Part shown: positions 10,425-21,616 of the stretch, one piece after another
How positions within the stretch are numbered: position 1 is the first letter of the stretch
How the letters are laid out: every line of letters begins with the position of its first letter
From: Epithemia pelagica
Lineage: Eukaryota; Protista; Bacillariophyta
Direction: 5' to 3'
Assembly (NCBI GenBank): GCA_946965045.2
Contig: OX337236.1
Location: forward strand, 372,001-436,000
DNA length: 64,000 nucleotides
Notes under the pieces: model-generated
Told to the model about the DNA's origin: nothing
The model's database searches: none
Seen by the model: only the letters and a program-made list of their open reading frames with translations
Made by a program: the position numbers and the translations under genes

Positions 10425-11774
10425 TTAAGGGCACGCACTAAAACTTAACTGCATATTCATAATTTCCTCGTGCCGAAAAGAAGTCTCCTCCTGATTTTGG
10501 AATTCAATGTACGCTTGCAAGTTTTGCCGGCCCTCTTCTGAGATGTCATCTAGATCAAGCGGTTCAGCTCCAGCTACCATTCTGAAGCCAAGGAACTTAC
10601 GTAATAAATTGTTGCATGACTTGAATGAAAGGAGCATTGGATCGGGTGCGGGGTGAAAATGTTGATTGGCACTGCCGTGTGCTTCAAAGGAGACCTTACA
10701 GATTGGCTTGAAAGTCTTGTTCAAGAGCCCGCGAAGCTCTGGGACCTGTCTATGCATCCGAAATGAGGCGTGAGCGTTTCTTTCAGCAAGACTCTTTTGA
10801 TATTGATTCACATCCGCTTCAGACTTCTGAAGGATGCTATGTGCCAGGAATTTGCAAACCAAAGAGGCGGTGCTCATCGCATCAACCACATTTTGTCGCG
10901 TTGCCTTTTTGGCAGCACTCAATGAAACTCGAGTCATGCCAATTTGTCCTGCAATCCAACCATCTTCGCATAAAACGATGGCATCATATCCTGTTCCTTG
11001 CCAGTCGCGCATGCCATCAAGATCAAGAGCAGGAAAAATGAAAACGCGACTGTTCTGGTCGAACAGGCTTTGTTGATTGGTCATCCGCACGATATTGCAA
11101 AGCAAGTTCCTGATTCCGGGAAATCGTACTAGCGTTTCATTGCCCCCCTGTTGTTGTCGTTTAAAACAACCCAAAATTGCTTTGCTCGTAGATTCATTCC
11201 CAACATTCGCCATCTGCAATCCCAAAACTGCAACGGCTGGATAATTCCAAGTAAGTGCTTCACCCCTCTCTTTTGGAAGTAGATGGGCTTTGTCGGTGCC
11301 TTCGGTGGCTCTACCGTTCTGGGGCGGGTTCGGGTCAGATCGTCCGAATATGTCGACCGGAATCAAATCATCATTCACCGTTGATTGCGTATTGCCAATG
11401 CTGGTTTGTGAGTCAATTGCTCCTTGACGCGAGGCGACGAATTCGCGAGGATTCCGCCAATCCCTTGGTTTATGGTTTCTTTCGAAACTAGGGGCATTAC
11501 TTCGGCAAATTGTTGGGTAAAATCGATTCCAATCAGCATGATTGAGGTGGACAAGCGGTATTTCAATGTCTCTTATCGAGGCAAAATAATCACCTCTTGA
11601 GGAATGCATGTCAGAGATCTCCATCACGCAATTTATCGCCGTGTCGTTGATCCCATCCGCCCGGGCAATATTTTCAAATTCTTCCGCGTCGATGAAAGCA
11701 GCGTCGTCATCTTGATTCAGTCTTCGGTGCACCTCCCTTCGGAGGTTTGCCTCTTTCGCTCGTGCCCAAACCAT
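10425..11774 (-). CDS. Intronless 449-aa protein with an HNH_2-like nuclease signature (Crinkler-like effector family)
   Basis: DKAHLLP...NLLCNIVRM...SLFD...FIFP resembles the AHI.P...N...L...H..FD pattern. The family assignment is inference. Confidence 0.5.
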   Translation of the reverse strand: MVWARAKEANLRREVHRRLNQDDDAAFIDAEEFENIARADGINDTAINCVMEISDMHSSRGDYFASIRDIEIPLVHLNHADWNRFYPTICRSNAPSFERNHKPRDWRNPREFVASRQGAIDSQTSIGNTQSTVNDDLIPVDIFGRSDPNPPQNGRATEGTDKAHLLPKERGEALTWNYPAVAVLGLQMANVGNESTSKAILGCFKRQQQGGNETLVRFPGIRNLLCNIVRMTNQQSLFDQNSRVFIFPALDLDGMRDWQGTGYDAIVLCEDGWIAGQIGMTRVSLSAAKKATRQNVVDAMSTASLVCKFLAHSILQKSEADVNQYQKSLAERNAHASFRMHRQVPELRGLLNKTFKPICKVSFEAHGSANQHFHPAPDPMLLSFKSCNNLLRKFLGFRMVAGAEPLDLDDISEEGRQNLQAYIEFQNQEETSFRHEEIMNMQLSFSACP

Positions 11775-12061
11775 ACCTGTTGTTGCGGAAATAGATCCTT
11801 CTGTCCAAAGGACAGCAGGGGTAGGATGTACAATTAATTTGGCATCTGTTGTAATTATTGTGGTTGATGCTGTTCTGGTTGTTGCTAATATGCGTTTTGT
11901 GTTTGGTGTTTGGTGTGCGATGTGCGATGCTCCGCGCTCCGCTCCGTATGATCTCTTTGGTCCAAAGGTACTAGTAGAGTTCCTTGGTGTGTGGGCAAAC
12001 AGTAGTTGTTATCCCTTACATGGGTTAAAATGAACCCCCAAGCTTTATGATAAAATGACCT

Positions 12062-12604
12062 TACAAGCGGAGTTCAGACAGAATGTTCCTGTCGTAGCGC
12101 TCCAGTAGGATTTCTACGTAATACGCGCCAGCCATCTTTGTTAATATAGCCCTTATAATTATGCCTCTGTTGTGCAAAGTGCTTCCGAAACTCGACAATC
12201 TCGCGTTCCCCCAGAAAAACTTCGTTTTGTACGAGACTATCGTGCGTGGGGTGCGTCCGATGATCATGTTGTTGTGGATGATGCCAACCGCATACCTTGT
12301 AGCGCCATTGAGGGTGGTTCAAGTAAACCCTAAAGCATCCGGATGCAGCTCGGCTACAAGGTAGGCGGTTGGGATGGCCCTCCACCATGGTCAACACAGT
12401 CGACTGTTTTTTCGTAATTTTTGGTGAAAATCTAGCGTTCGGAAGAAATCACACATAACACTAAAGTTAATAAAATATTTATTTCAGCCACTAGGAAGTC
12501 GCTAGTCGGACGCTAATAACGCAGAACGCTTTCCAGGATTACTCCTCTGGTACAAATTCTACAGGAGTCTACGACAGGAACACACTCCCTGAACTCAGCT
12601 TGTA
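12062..12604. mobile_element. Non-autonomous TIR element (about 540 bp) with degenerate ~51-bp inverted repeats, TA at both ends
   Basis: 12062..12113 vs reverse complement of 12554..12604: TACAAGC-GAGTTCAG...TGTTCCTGTCGTAG..CTCC-GTAG-ATTT, about 9 differences by eye. Confidence 0.6.
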
Positions 12605-13007
12605 GTTTAAGCATTGCGACTACAAAACATCTATAATTCTCGACTTAAATGCGACTAAGTCCCTCTGGGGATTAAGCGATCACGACACATGGTGAGCTAT
12701 CCCGCCTTTTTGTCTTCGGAGGATTAGCACCCATTGCAACGGCTTTTCTTCCGAGAATAGAAGCAATGGAGCAATCTATAAAGGCTCCATAGACACTCTG
12801 CTCATTGTCTAATACCTGACAAAAGTTGTTGTCCATCGCATGGAATCGATGATGGAATTGACGCTTTCGACCGTCGCATTCGATCCTACGAAAGGCACTT
12901 TCCTCCCCCAAAGGCGGTATGCGTTACAAACAAGGACGACAGCGCAAAATATCTACCTTTCGCGTTAACAACCTGAAGAAAGGGCAGACAAGGCATACAA
13001 TACATTC

Positions 13008-16000
13008 TCATCGTTTGAGAGTGCGTTGCTTTTCCGCTGCCACGACGGTCCGGCTCGAGTCAATTTTCAAGCCTTTTCGTTCTCGGACCTTTCGAATGTA
13101 TCGCAAGGCTGTATTGTCCATTCCCGTCGAGGAGTCTCCGGCCACTTGCAATTCTCCATAATCTTCGCGTTCCTCTTCCGTGGTGGGAATCCAAAAGGGA
13201 TCCACGTCCAGTCGTTGCCAATGGGAAAAGATCATTTCCGGTGCCGTCACTTCACCACTTGTTTTGGAATACAGCTCGGGAGCTAATCCAAAGGCTTCGG
13301 CCTGAGGAATGAGAGCTGTAATGGCAAGCAAGTCAGTTCCGTCCACCATGGAATCATCTTCCACTTTGCCTCGACGTTTACTTAGAACCGAATAGAGAGA
13401 ACCCAAGCCGTTGAGAGAGGAATTGAGAGTTAACCGGAGATAGCCTTCCATCAATCGAGCGGGTCTCGTCAACAAGGCACACCGAATACCCGAACGCAGA
13501 GCCGAGACAATCATGCCACTGGAGAGAGATTTGGCCGGTTGCCAGGTTGCATCATCGCCCTCTTGGTTGGCCGCCGGAGTCATGGCAATTTCAAACCCTT
13601 CCAGTACCACGAGAATGTTTCGCACCTGTTCTTCGCAAATGGGACCCGATCGGAGCGCCATTTGAAAGCCAGCCACGGCCGATCCCTTCAGTTTGTTCCA
13701 GATTTGCACCGCGGCTTCATCCAAGCTCGCAGTTCGGACAAGGTCATGCGTGGCCTGGGAACCGTCTCGAATACAGTGCTGAAGGGCATTGTATTCGCCT
13801 TGACCCGGAGGACTATGCAATTCCTCCAACGGTTCGTGGTGTTCATCATTGTCGTCGTCCTTGTCGTGAGTGTCGGAGGACGCTTGGATGGATGGGTCCG
13901 TGTTGTGGGCCATGTACACTTGTCCGCTTTCGTCGCTTTGAACACCGAATATGGTGGAGCCAGTTTGGAGGTGAGGACTTTCCATGAGTGCCGTGCCATT
14001 GGTTCCCACCGAGCAGACGGAATCCAGGAGCCTTTGCAAAATGTGGGTCGCGTCGGGTTGCGGGTCGTCCCCAGACGACGACCCGAGTCCCAGGGCTTTG
14101 CCCAATTGGACCAATTCGTCGTGACTGCCGGGTTCGACCGATTGGGTTTGCAAACATTTGTGTACCAAATCGGTCAAGGGTACGACGCGCAAACTCAAGG
14201 CAGCCGACCGTCCCGACACGACGGCTCGTGCTCGACCCAGCTTGGCACCCGTCAAGCCTTCTTCTTCATTGTAGGGTGGAATGGTGGCTTGTCGGGGTGG
14301 TGGCGTGGAGGCATCCTGACAAAAGGCGGTATACTCCAAGGCGACTTCCTTGGGAAACCAATCCGTGGTTTCCCCAAAATCGACAATGGGATCCGACGTC
14401 CGCAAGCCAATGGGTCGCGAGCAATACACGTGTTGAAGATCCAAAATGGATTGTTCCAAATGAATTTCTCCCAAACAAGCCAAGATGCGTTCACCGCGGG
14501 CCGTGGCTGTGACTTCGATGGCCGCATCGGCACAACTCAATTGCAGCAAGGCGCGGTCCAATTCGTTGGCATCCTCCGAGGATTCCGCTTCGACATTGAC
14601 CTTGACCAAGGGACGCATCGAATGTTCCACCAATTTCAAGGGCGTGGCATGGACACGGTCGCTCAAGCAACAGTGTTTGAGTTGGACCGTGTCCAAATTC
14701 AACACGGCACACAAATGACCAGCGGGTACTTCCGGAACCAGGACAAAGGACGATCCCATGAGCAAAAAAAGTTGTATGGTACGTTTCGGTGGTGGTGAGG
14801 ATGAGGATGACGAGGATCCATCACTGCTGGGTGGTTGGTATTTGGGTCCCAAGACATAGTATTCCGTTCCCGTTTGCAATCGTCCCGACAAGACCCGGGT
14901 CAATCCCAAAATCACATGATCGCCCTCCTTGGACAAGGAGGATGACCCCACTGCTGCCGCCGTGCCCTCTCGGACATTGGCCCGCGGTGTCGAAAAGAAT
15001 TTGCACACGTGCGCAACCGTCGGTGCCGTCCGACTCGTATCACAGCGTTGCACGGCCTGTTGGATCGCGGACCATTCCTCGGTTCGATGGACGGGTGGTT
15101 GGAGGGACACTCGGTGTTGGGCCGCTGCTTGGAGTGGCGACGGACCATACTCACACACAACATCCAAGACGGTGGACGCCAAGGGTCGATACCGCCGCAA
15201 GATACATCTCAAGACAGCGTCGGCCGTTGTGGAACCCGTCCGGGTCAAGAGGGTTTGCAATTGTTTCGTCGACGCGATTACAGATGCCTCGTCTCCCGTC
15301 CATCCCACGGACAGCGATTGCAACACCCGTTCCATGCCGGGAGTATCGGCTTTGAGTTTGGAAGAAGGATGGTTGTTGTTGTTTGTCGTAGGAGTAGTAG
15401 TGTTGGTGGTTGGTAGATTGTTGTGATTGATGGATGCCGGTCCCAAAAAGACGGTGGATTGTCCGACGGCACTGGCGGCCGTGGCCACACCTTGATAGAT
15501 ATCCCACAAGGGTTGCAAGCCATACTGAGCAAACAGGGGCACATTGTCCTCGCTGTCATTGCCACTGAATTTCCACTTGACCACCTTGTCTCGTCCCTTG
15601 AGTTTGTAATCGCCAAACAAGTAGGGTCGTAACAAGACGGGTTTAATGGCCACCAATTGGTGTTTGTAGAGTGATCGGGCCAGACTGGCCACGGTAAAGC
15701 CCCAACCAAACAAGGCGGATCCAAAAAGGACATTGCCCTTGGCCGGATCAAACGTCCACAAGGCGGGTTCGTTCGTGTTTTCCTTTTTGGTGATGGGCGC
15801 ATTACCACTTGTAGTACTAGTATTAGTAGTTCTCGATCCGTCGTCGTGGGGATTGGTCTGGTCAGAGCCTTGGTCGACCACATGCGCGGCGGCACTGGCA
15901 CTCATGGCGGCGGCCGCCGCATTGACGGATTCGAGCAAGGCTCGGATTCGCAAATAGGCTTCCGTGGCGGACAAGCCCAAATCAGACCACAGGCGATCCA

Positions 16001-16457
16001 TTTTGTTAATCACCAAAATGGGCACCAGGTCATGAAACATGGCTTCCCGAACCACTTGATGGGTCCGGGGTCCCATGCCTTCGACGGCATCCACCACCAA
16101 CAAACAGGCATCACAGGCGGTCAAGGCCGAGGAAACTTCCAAGGAAAAATCCGTATGGCCCGGAGAATCGACCAAGTGAAGAATGCGTGGACCCGACTTG
16201 CCGGCTGCTTGTTTGGGATGAGCCTGGTATTGGTGGGACAAGCCAATGGCCGAACTGCGCATGGTAATGCCTCGTCGTTGTTCTTCGGGATCGGAATCCA
16301 AATACCGAATGGTACCCGCCAATCGTTCACTAATCAAACCATTGTGTTCAATGAGATTGTCCGCCAAGGTGGTTTTCCCATGATCGACATGAGCCGCAAT
16401 GGTTACCAATCGAGTGTCGGAGGGATCCAAAAAGATGGAGGAGGACGACGATGACAT
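13008..16457 (-). CDS. EFL1: Elongation factor-like GTPase 1 (Ria1/EFL1)
   Basis: AHVDHGKTT, RGITM, DSPGH.DF, NKMD motifs; EF-G domain IV/V motifs (GPICEE, P.AE.FG, FSHW). Single exon. Confidence 0.93.
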   Translation of the reverse strand: MSSSSSSIFLDPSDTRLVTIAAHVDHGKTTLADNLIEHNGLISERLAGTIRYLDSDPEEQRRGITMRSSAIGLSHQYQAHPKQAAGKSGPRILHLVDSPGHTDFSLEVSSALTACDACLLVVDAVEGMGPRTHQVVREAMFHDLVPILVINKMDRLWSDLGLSATEAYLRIRALLESVNAAAAAMSASAAAHVVDQGSDQTNPHDDGSRTTNTSTTSGNAPITKKENTNEPALWTFDPAKGNVLFGSALFGWGFTVASLARSLYKHQLVAIKPVLLRPYLFGDYKLKGRDKVVKWKFSGNDSEDNVPLFAQYGLQPLWDIYQGVATAASAVGQSTVFLGPASINHNNLPTTNTTTPTTNNNNHPSSKLKADTPGMERVLQSLSVGWTGDEASVIASTKQLQTLLTRTGSTTADAVLRCILRRYRPLASTVLDVVCEYGPSPLQAAAQHRVSLQPPVHRTEEWSAIQQAVQRCDTSRTAPTVAHVCKFFSTPRANVREGTAAAVGSSSLSKEGDHVILGLTRVLSGRLQTGTEYYVLGPKYQPPSSDGSSSSSSSPPPKRTIQLFLLMGSSFVLVPEVPAGHLCAVLNLDTVQLKHCCLSDRVHATPLKLVEHSMRPLVKVNVEAESSEDANELDRALLQLSCADAAIEVTATARGERILACLGEIHLEQSILDLQHVYCSRPIGLRTSDPIVDFGETTDWFPKEVALEYTAFCQDASTPPPRQATIPPYNEEEGLTGAKLGRARAVVSGRSAALSLRVVPLTDLVHKCLQTQSVEPGSHDELVQLGKALGLGSSSGDDPQPDATHILQRLLDSVCSVGTNGTALMESPHLQTGSTIFGVQSDESGQVYMAHNTDPSIQASSDTHDKDDDNDEHHEPLEELHSPPGQGEYNALQHCIRDGSQATHDLVRTASLDEAAVQIWNKLKGSAVAGFQMALRSGPICEEQVRNILVVLEGFEIAMTPAANQEGDDATWQPAKSLSSGMIVSALRSGIRCALLTRPARLMEGYLRLTLNSSLNGLGSLYSVLSKRRGKVEDDSMVDGTDLLAITALIPQAEAFGLAPELYSKTSGEVTAPEMIFSHWQRLDVDPFWIPTTEEEREDYGELQVAGDSSTGMDNTALRYIRKVRERKGLKIDSSRTVVAAEKQRTLKR

Positions 16458-16772
16458 GATGGAGGTAATAGGTATGCACGATTCTCGCGCCCCCTTTCAG
16501 ACATGGAGGAGGAGAACAAAAATGAATGGGGACGAAGTGCGTGTTGGCAAGGCAACTGTAGATGGGGTGGGTACATCGGCACCAAGATTCAGTCGCATAT
16601 AGTTTGCATGCACCAAAGGGAGGTCGGGACCAAGACTAACTACGTGCCTCACTTTTTTCGTCCACAACTGCCACCAAACGACCACCCCACCATTTTGTTG
16701 TTCATCGAATCAAGATCTCTGTGTTTGTTTCTCTCAACTACCAACAGAGCTATAAAATATACGGATATCGCC

Positions 16773-19421
16773 ATGCCAACTCGAAAGAATCAAGCACCAC
16801 CACCCCAACCAGCCACTGGCGACGACAACCACCACAAGGACAAGACAAGTTTCGCCGCCGCCTTGGCCCACGCCTTGCACGAGGCGGACGCGGCGACTCC
16901 TTCGACGGAGGAATTGTGTGAGGAAACCTACCTGCAATTGTGTTTGGACGATCCCTTGGTATCTGCGGCCGGATGTCACGCCTTGGCCCAGGCCTTGAGC
17001 TCCTTACTGGAACATGACAACAACCACAACAAGAAGAAGCAGCAAAAACCGCCCGTGGTGTATGCACCCTCCAATCGTCTCGTCCAAGGAATTGAACAAG
17101 TTTGTCAACGGGTTTCCTCGTCCCAAAATCCCACCAGTAAAAGTAATCCACACGAAACCCACAGTAGTAACAAGGAGACGGATGCCAACCTCAAGAATAA
17201 CAACATTCCAGAGAACGAATCATCCATACCCGAACCTGCCGCATCCTTGTTCAAATCAGAAGACAACAATCCGAACGACACGGCCAGTGCCGCAGCCGAA
17301 TTGGCATGGATGGTCTTTGCTCGCATTCCACTCGCCTGTTGTTTGAGTCGACGCTTGGAGGATGCGGCACGACTTTTGGGGAGTTATCGGGGTCCAGCAG
17401 CCGCTACTCACAACGACCAGGAGGATCCAAACGACGACGACACGAAGAACGAGGACACGACCCTACAACAAGAACCACAAGAACAACAAGAACTCAATTC
17501 TACCAACAACCACGACAACAACACTACCAACGACCATGACAGTTTGGCCGAAGTGTGGGCGGCCGAATCGGATCCCAGTGATTATGGCTTTGATTCGGGA
17601 TGGAATCCACAAGCGCAATTGGCCGAATTGGATGCCTGGGCGGCCATTCAAGTACAAGTGAATCCCCACGAATTGTCGCAAGTGCCACCCAATCCCCAAT
17701 GGACCGACCTGGCGTCGGCCGTGGCACACTTGGTGCAACACCACTTGCACAGTTCCAAATTCTCGGCCCTGTCCTTGACCCAAATTCGACGACTTCAAGT
17801 CGTGGAGTATTTGACACAATGGACCGTCACCTTGGCCTTGGTTCCATCCTCCAGTCCCCTGTTTCATCATGCTTCCACCCCAAACGACAAGGAAGATGGT
17901 GGTGGTGATGATTCGTGGCAACGATTGGCCCTCCAACCCCTGTACGTCTTGAGGGATCTCGTGACGCTCCACCCCGCCGCCCTGTTGGACGAGTATTTGA
18001 CACTGCTCCAACAATTGATTCAAGTCGATCATCAATTGTCCTCCACCACCACAAACTCAGCAACAACAAGACGACCCCAATCCACGCTGGTGGAACCCGC
18101 CACATGGATGGGATTGACGGCTTTGTCGGCCGTGTGCCACCAGTATCGAACGACCACCACCCCAACAACGACTCCACACTTGTATGCTGTTTCGATTCGG
18201 ACGCGTGTCTTGCAATTGGCCGATGATTTGTGTGCCATTTTGGAAAAGGCCCAACCCTTGATGGCCCCAGACGACACGGACGACAACAACACGGACGACG
18301 ACAACGATACCACCCGTGTCCAGCATGCCTTGCCCTGGACCATTTTGCCCCTCTTTCAAATTCTAGTAGTGGTTCCCGACACGTCGGGCCGCCACACCCT
18401 GACGACCGCGCAAGCGCAACTCTTGTTGAATTCTGGTCTCTTTCGTCAATGGATTGGGTGGTGGGATCGACAGCTTCCATCAAACCAGTCGTCGTCGATA
18501 CTACTAAAAACCGCCATGGAATACACTGTCTGGAACTTGTGTACCAGTGCCCCGACACTCTTGGGCAAGTATGCCTGGCGGTATCCCAATTTGGCCGCCC
18601 GGGTCACCAATCCTCCACCCAACCGTGATCAGGAGGACCCAACCAACGCCACAACCGCAACAACCCACACTCCACAGGCACTGGTATTATTGTGGAATTT
18701 GTTGGGCATTCACTTGTCCCTTCAAGATGGTTCGTCTTCTACAACCACGGTCCAATGGCGAACCAGCAACTCGTCCCCACCACAAGCCACGCGACCCAGT
18801 CCGTCCGACTGTCGCAAACGAGCCTGGCAAGAATTTGTCTCCTTGTGTCAAACCGTGGAAACCGTCGTGACACGATGGAAGACGGCTCGTTCCAAGGAAT
18901 CATTGACAACGACTCTGCCAGACACTGATAGCAACAACAACAGTACTAATAACAGTACCACCAACAACAATTCGTTACTCCAGATTGTGGAGGAGGATTG
19001 GTTCGTCTTGGAACAATTCCATGACTTGGCCCACCATTTGACGACAACGACGACACATACCTTATTACTGGTTCCCATGTTTTGTCGGGAAATGCCCTTG
19101 GAGGGAGATGTCACGGTCCCCGATGACAAGAAACACGCCGCCCTTCGTCACTGTCTGTCGGGACTGCAACAAGCCCTTTCCACATGGGAACCCTTGTCCC
19201 CCCACGTTGTGGCCAAGCTCAAAGACGACGACGACACTGATGATGGTACCAAGCAAGAATCGTTCCATACGACCAATCAAATCAAGGTGCAACGACAACA
19301 ATCCGCCCAAGACACGGCCATGGCGCAACTACGAAAATCCATCAAACTGATACACTCGGCCATGGATTCCTGCACGACGACAACGTCCACCAACATGGTC
19401 TTCTCGTCCAAAGCGGACTAA
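16773..19421 (+). CDS. Uncharacterised protein (~880 aa), helical blocks separated by Thr/Asn/Asp-rich linkers
   Basis: Long ORF 16503..19421 with host-type codon usage; first plausible Met is 16773 (MPTRKN). No family recognised. Confidence 0.65.
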   Translation: MPTRKNQAPPPQPATGDDNHHKDKTSFAAALAHALHEADAATPSTEELCEETYLQLCLDDPLVSAAGCHALAQALSSLLEHDNNHNKKKQQKPPVVYAPSNRLVQGIEQVCQRVSSSQNPTSKSNPHETHSSNKETDANLKNNNIPENESSIPEPAASLFKSEDNNPNDTASAAAELAWMVFARIPLACCLSRRLEDAARLLGSYRGPAAATHNDQEDPNDDDTKNEDTTLQQEPQEQQELNSTNNHDNNTTNDHDSLAEVWAAESDPSDYGFDSGWNPQAQLAELDAWAAIQVQVNPHELSQVPPNPQWTDLASAVAHLVQHHLHSSKFSALSLTQIRRLQVVEYLTQWTVTLALVPSSSPLFHHASTPNDKEDGGGDDSWQRLALQPLYVLRDLVTLHPAALLDEYLTLLQQLIQVDHQLSSTTTNSATTRRPQSTLVEPATWMGLTALSAVCHQYRTTTTPTTTPHLYAVSIRTRVLQLADDLCAILEKAQPLMAPDDTDDNNTDDDNDTTRVQHALPWTILPLFQILVVVPDTSGRHTLTTAQAQLLLNSGLFRQWIGWWDRQLPSNQSSSILLKTAMEYTVWNLCTSAPTLLGKYAWRYPNLAARVTNPPPNRDQEDPTNATTATTHTPQALVLLWNLLGIHLSLQDGSSSTTTVQWRTSNSSPPQATRPSPSDCRKRAWQEFVSLCQTVETVVTRWKTARSKESLTTTLPDTDSNNNSTNNSTTNNNSLLQIVEEDWFVLEQFHDLAHHLTTTTTHTLLLVPMFCREMPLEGDVTVPDDKKHAALRHCLSGLQQALSTWEPLSPHVVAKLKDDDDTDDGTKQESFHTTNQIKVQRQQSAQDTAMAQLRKSIKLIHSAMDSCTTTTSTNMVFSSKAD

Positions 19422-19724
19422 TAATTCGTATTATGATGATTATTTACAACAAGAGAATATGAAGAGAATATTCCTGTCAGTTTCAGTGGCAACTGCTGCT
19501 GTCTGTCCCCGTGTCAACCACTGCCTCGACCTGAGCCACAGACCCAGTTGCGCTTGTGCTTCTACAGAGCAACACAAACGAGCGCCCTGGTATGTTTTCA
19601 CTTTCCACAAGCTGTGATCCATGGTCGTCGGAGGATGGACAGTACAAGCATTCGATACTGCGTTGGAACCACGAGAAACGCAGTAACTGGAGCAACACGG
19701 ATTCCCTCGAAAACCAACAAAACA

Positions 19725-21616
19725 TCATGATTTGAACTCTATCGCCGACCAGTTTGTCGATATGGACGAACTGTCATCCCCATCATGGATGCTTGGATTA
19801 GGCTTTTGCCAGAGACCCACATTTCCAACGTCCAATGGCGAGACAAGGAGAGAGCAAAAGGACATCTTCTGTGAGATGGTCTCAAGATTGCCTCCACTGC
19901 TTTTGAGTTCTGCCTTACTTGAACCAGACAAGGAGGCTCCTCCAGGAGGAGGCCCATAACTACGGGTGTGGTCAAAATTGTGAAGAAAGGCTGCCGCATA
20001 GGGATCGTGAGGAGCGACACTTTCGGGAACGGCGAATTCAATATCGTCAAATCCCTCCGCGTCCATGGACGAGGCCAAGGCAGCATCCTCAGGTGGTAAC
20101 AGTCGGGAAGACTCCTCCGCATCTCGGGAAAAGGAGGACGGCTGGATTGCGTATGGGTCTGCTGGATGCCGTGCGTAGTGTGTGTCTCCGGAGAACGAGA
20201 TGACTTGTGGAGACAACTGTGGATAAAAGACAAGAGTGAATGAGATGAGAATTCCCTGTTGTGATCCAGTTGAAAGACATCAAACATGACACGTACCGTC
20301 GGAAAGTACAGGTCATCCACAGAGTAGCTAGGCGTATAGGATGCATTGGCCGATACGACTCTTGGAGGTAGAGGTGGCTAAAAGGGTCCAAACGTTCCTG
20401 TGAGCATTGTGCGTGTACGGCAATCTGTAGTTCGCATCGAAACACTTACCGTGGCTGTGAATGTATCATTCGCGTAGGCAGAAGGAACATGTGGTGCGTG
20501 CTTGTCTCGTTGTAACCCTTCTTGCGAAGAAACACTAATGGTCACAGAAGAAGGGCTTGGCTGTACTTGTTTGGCTGGTGTTGGAGAGGATTTCTTCCTG
20601 TTGCTGACAGCCGATGACGACCGAGTTCTTCGTGTCTGACCAGTTTTTCTTTCTGCCACAGATGAGCCGAGTTGCTTCACAGTTCTTACTCGTTTGGCAC
20701 GACCAGATCCGTTTCTTATCTTTGGAGTTGCCGTCTTGCTGGCGTCGCTTGTCTCATAAGGAACGGGGCTACCGATACTCGTCCGTATGCTCTGTGAAGA
20801 GCGTGACTGATGGTGGCTTTGTGATCGCTTGCCGGATTGAGTTCTTGACTTTTTTCGATCAAGGTCATCATCCTCATCGTCTGGGGAGGGCTCTGGACTA
20901 CATCTCTTGAGAGATTGCGATTCGCTTCGCGTTAGTTCAGACTCGGGCAGATGAAGTGCTTCATCTTCGGCTGATTCCTTCATTGCTTCTGTCACTTCAT
21001 GCACCGATGCTTCAATGCTGGGTTTGACACCTTTAAATGCCCCTTGCTCCACTAATGACTTTACTGCAGAGCAAGAATGTTGAAAGTTTCCCTTGTTGCG
21101 CTTCATGAACCAATGCCCCTTTTTGCTATCAAAGTTTATTTGAAATGTCACGTTACACTCTTCTCGTGAACATGCGAAACGAATTCTCTTGCGTGACTTG
21201 CTACTGTATTCTTTCACTTTGATCGTTTTCCCCAGTTCGGGGCTCGTGCCAGATTCAATGATTTTGGTGGCAAGCTTTTCTTGCGTCTTTCGCGCAATGT
21301 CAGGGAACTGATCTGGATCAAACCGAATCCCATTATCGATCAAGCAGACGCCACACGTTAGAGGAAGCGAACATGGCGTGTTACCTAGACGGGTAGCATG
21401 CACAATATCAATCTGCTCTTCATCGTTGCTGTCACCAGACTTTCGTGGAGGCCAGAGCAGTCTTTGCTGAAGCGGACTCATTTCCAAGGACTGCTGCTGT
21501 GGTGCATTCACTTTCGTGTTGCTAGTAGTAGTTGCCAATGGTGGCGGTGGTTCACGTCTTCGTGGTGAAGGTGGCATGGATTCAAGTCCTGTGGCTTGCT
21601 CAGATTCCTCTCGCAA
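19725..21616 (-). CDS. Putative zinc-finger DNA-binding protein, paralog A (3 exons: 21616-20450, 20377-20297, 20216-19725)
   Basis: C-x4-C-x25-H-x-C motif. GT-AG introns 20378..20449 and 20217..20296 join three frames in phase. Confidence 0.65.

Noticed and set aside
12074-12397. 107-aa ORF with Cys/His as a FAR1-like transposase fragment
   Set aside because: Spacing does not match convincingly and there is no DDE region; it may be chance.
13539-14798. 419-aa plus-strand ORF (and similar ones such as 58217..59497 and 40775..41431)
   Set aside because: These are antisense shadows of real genes, consistent with codon bias leaving few antisense stops; no motifs.
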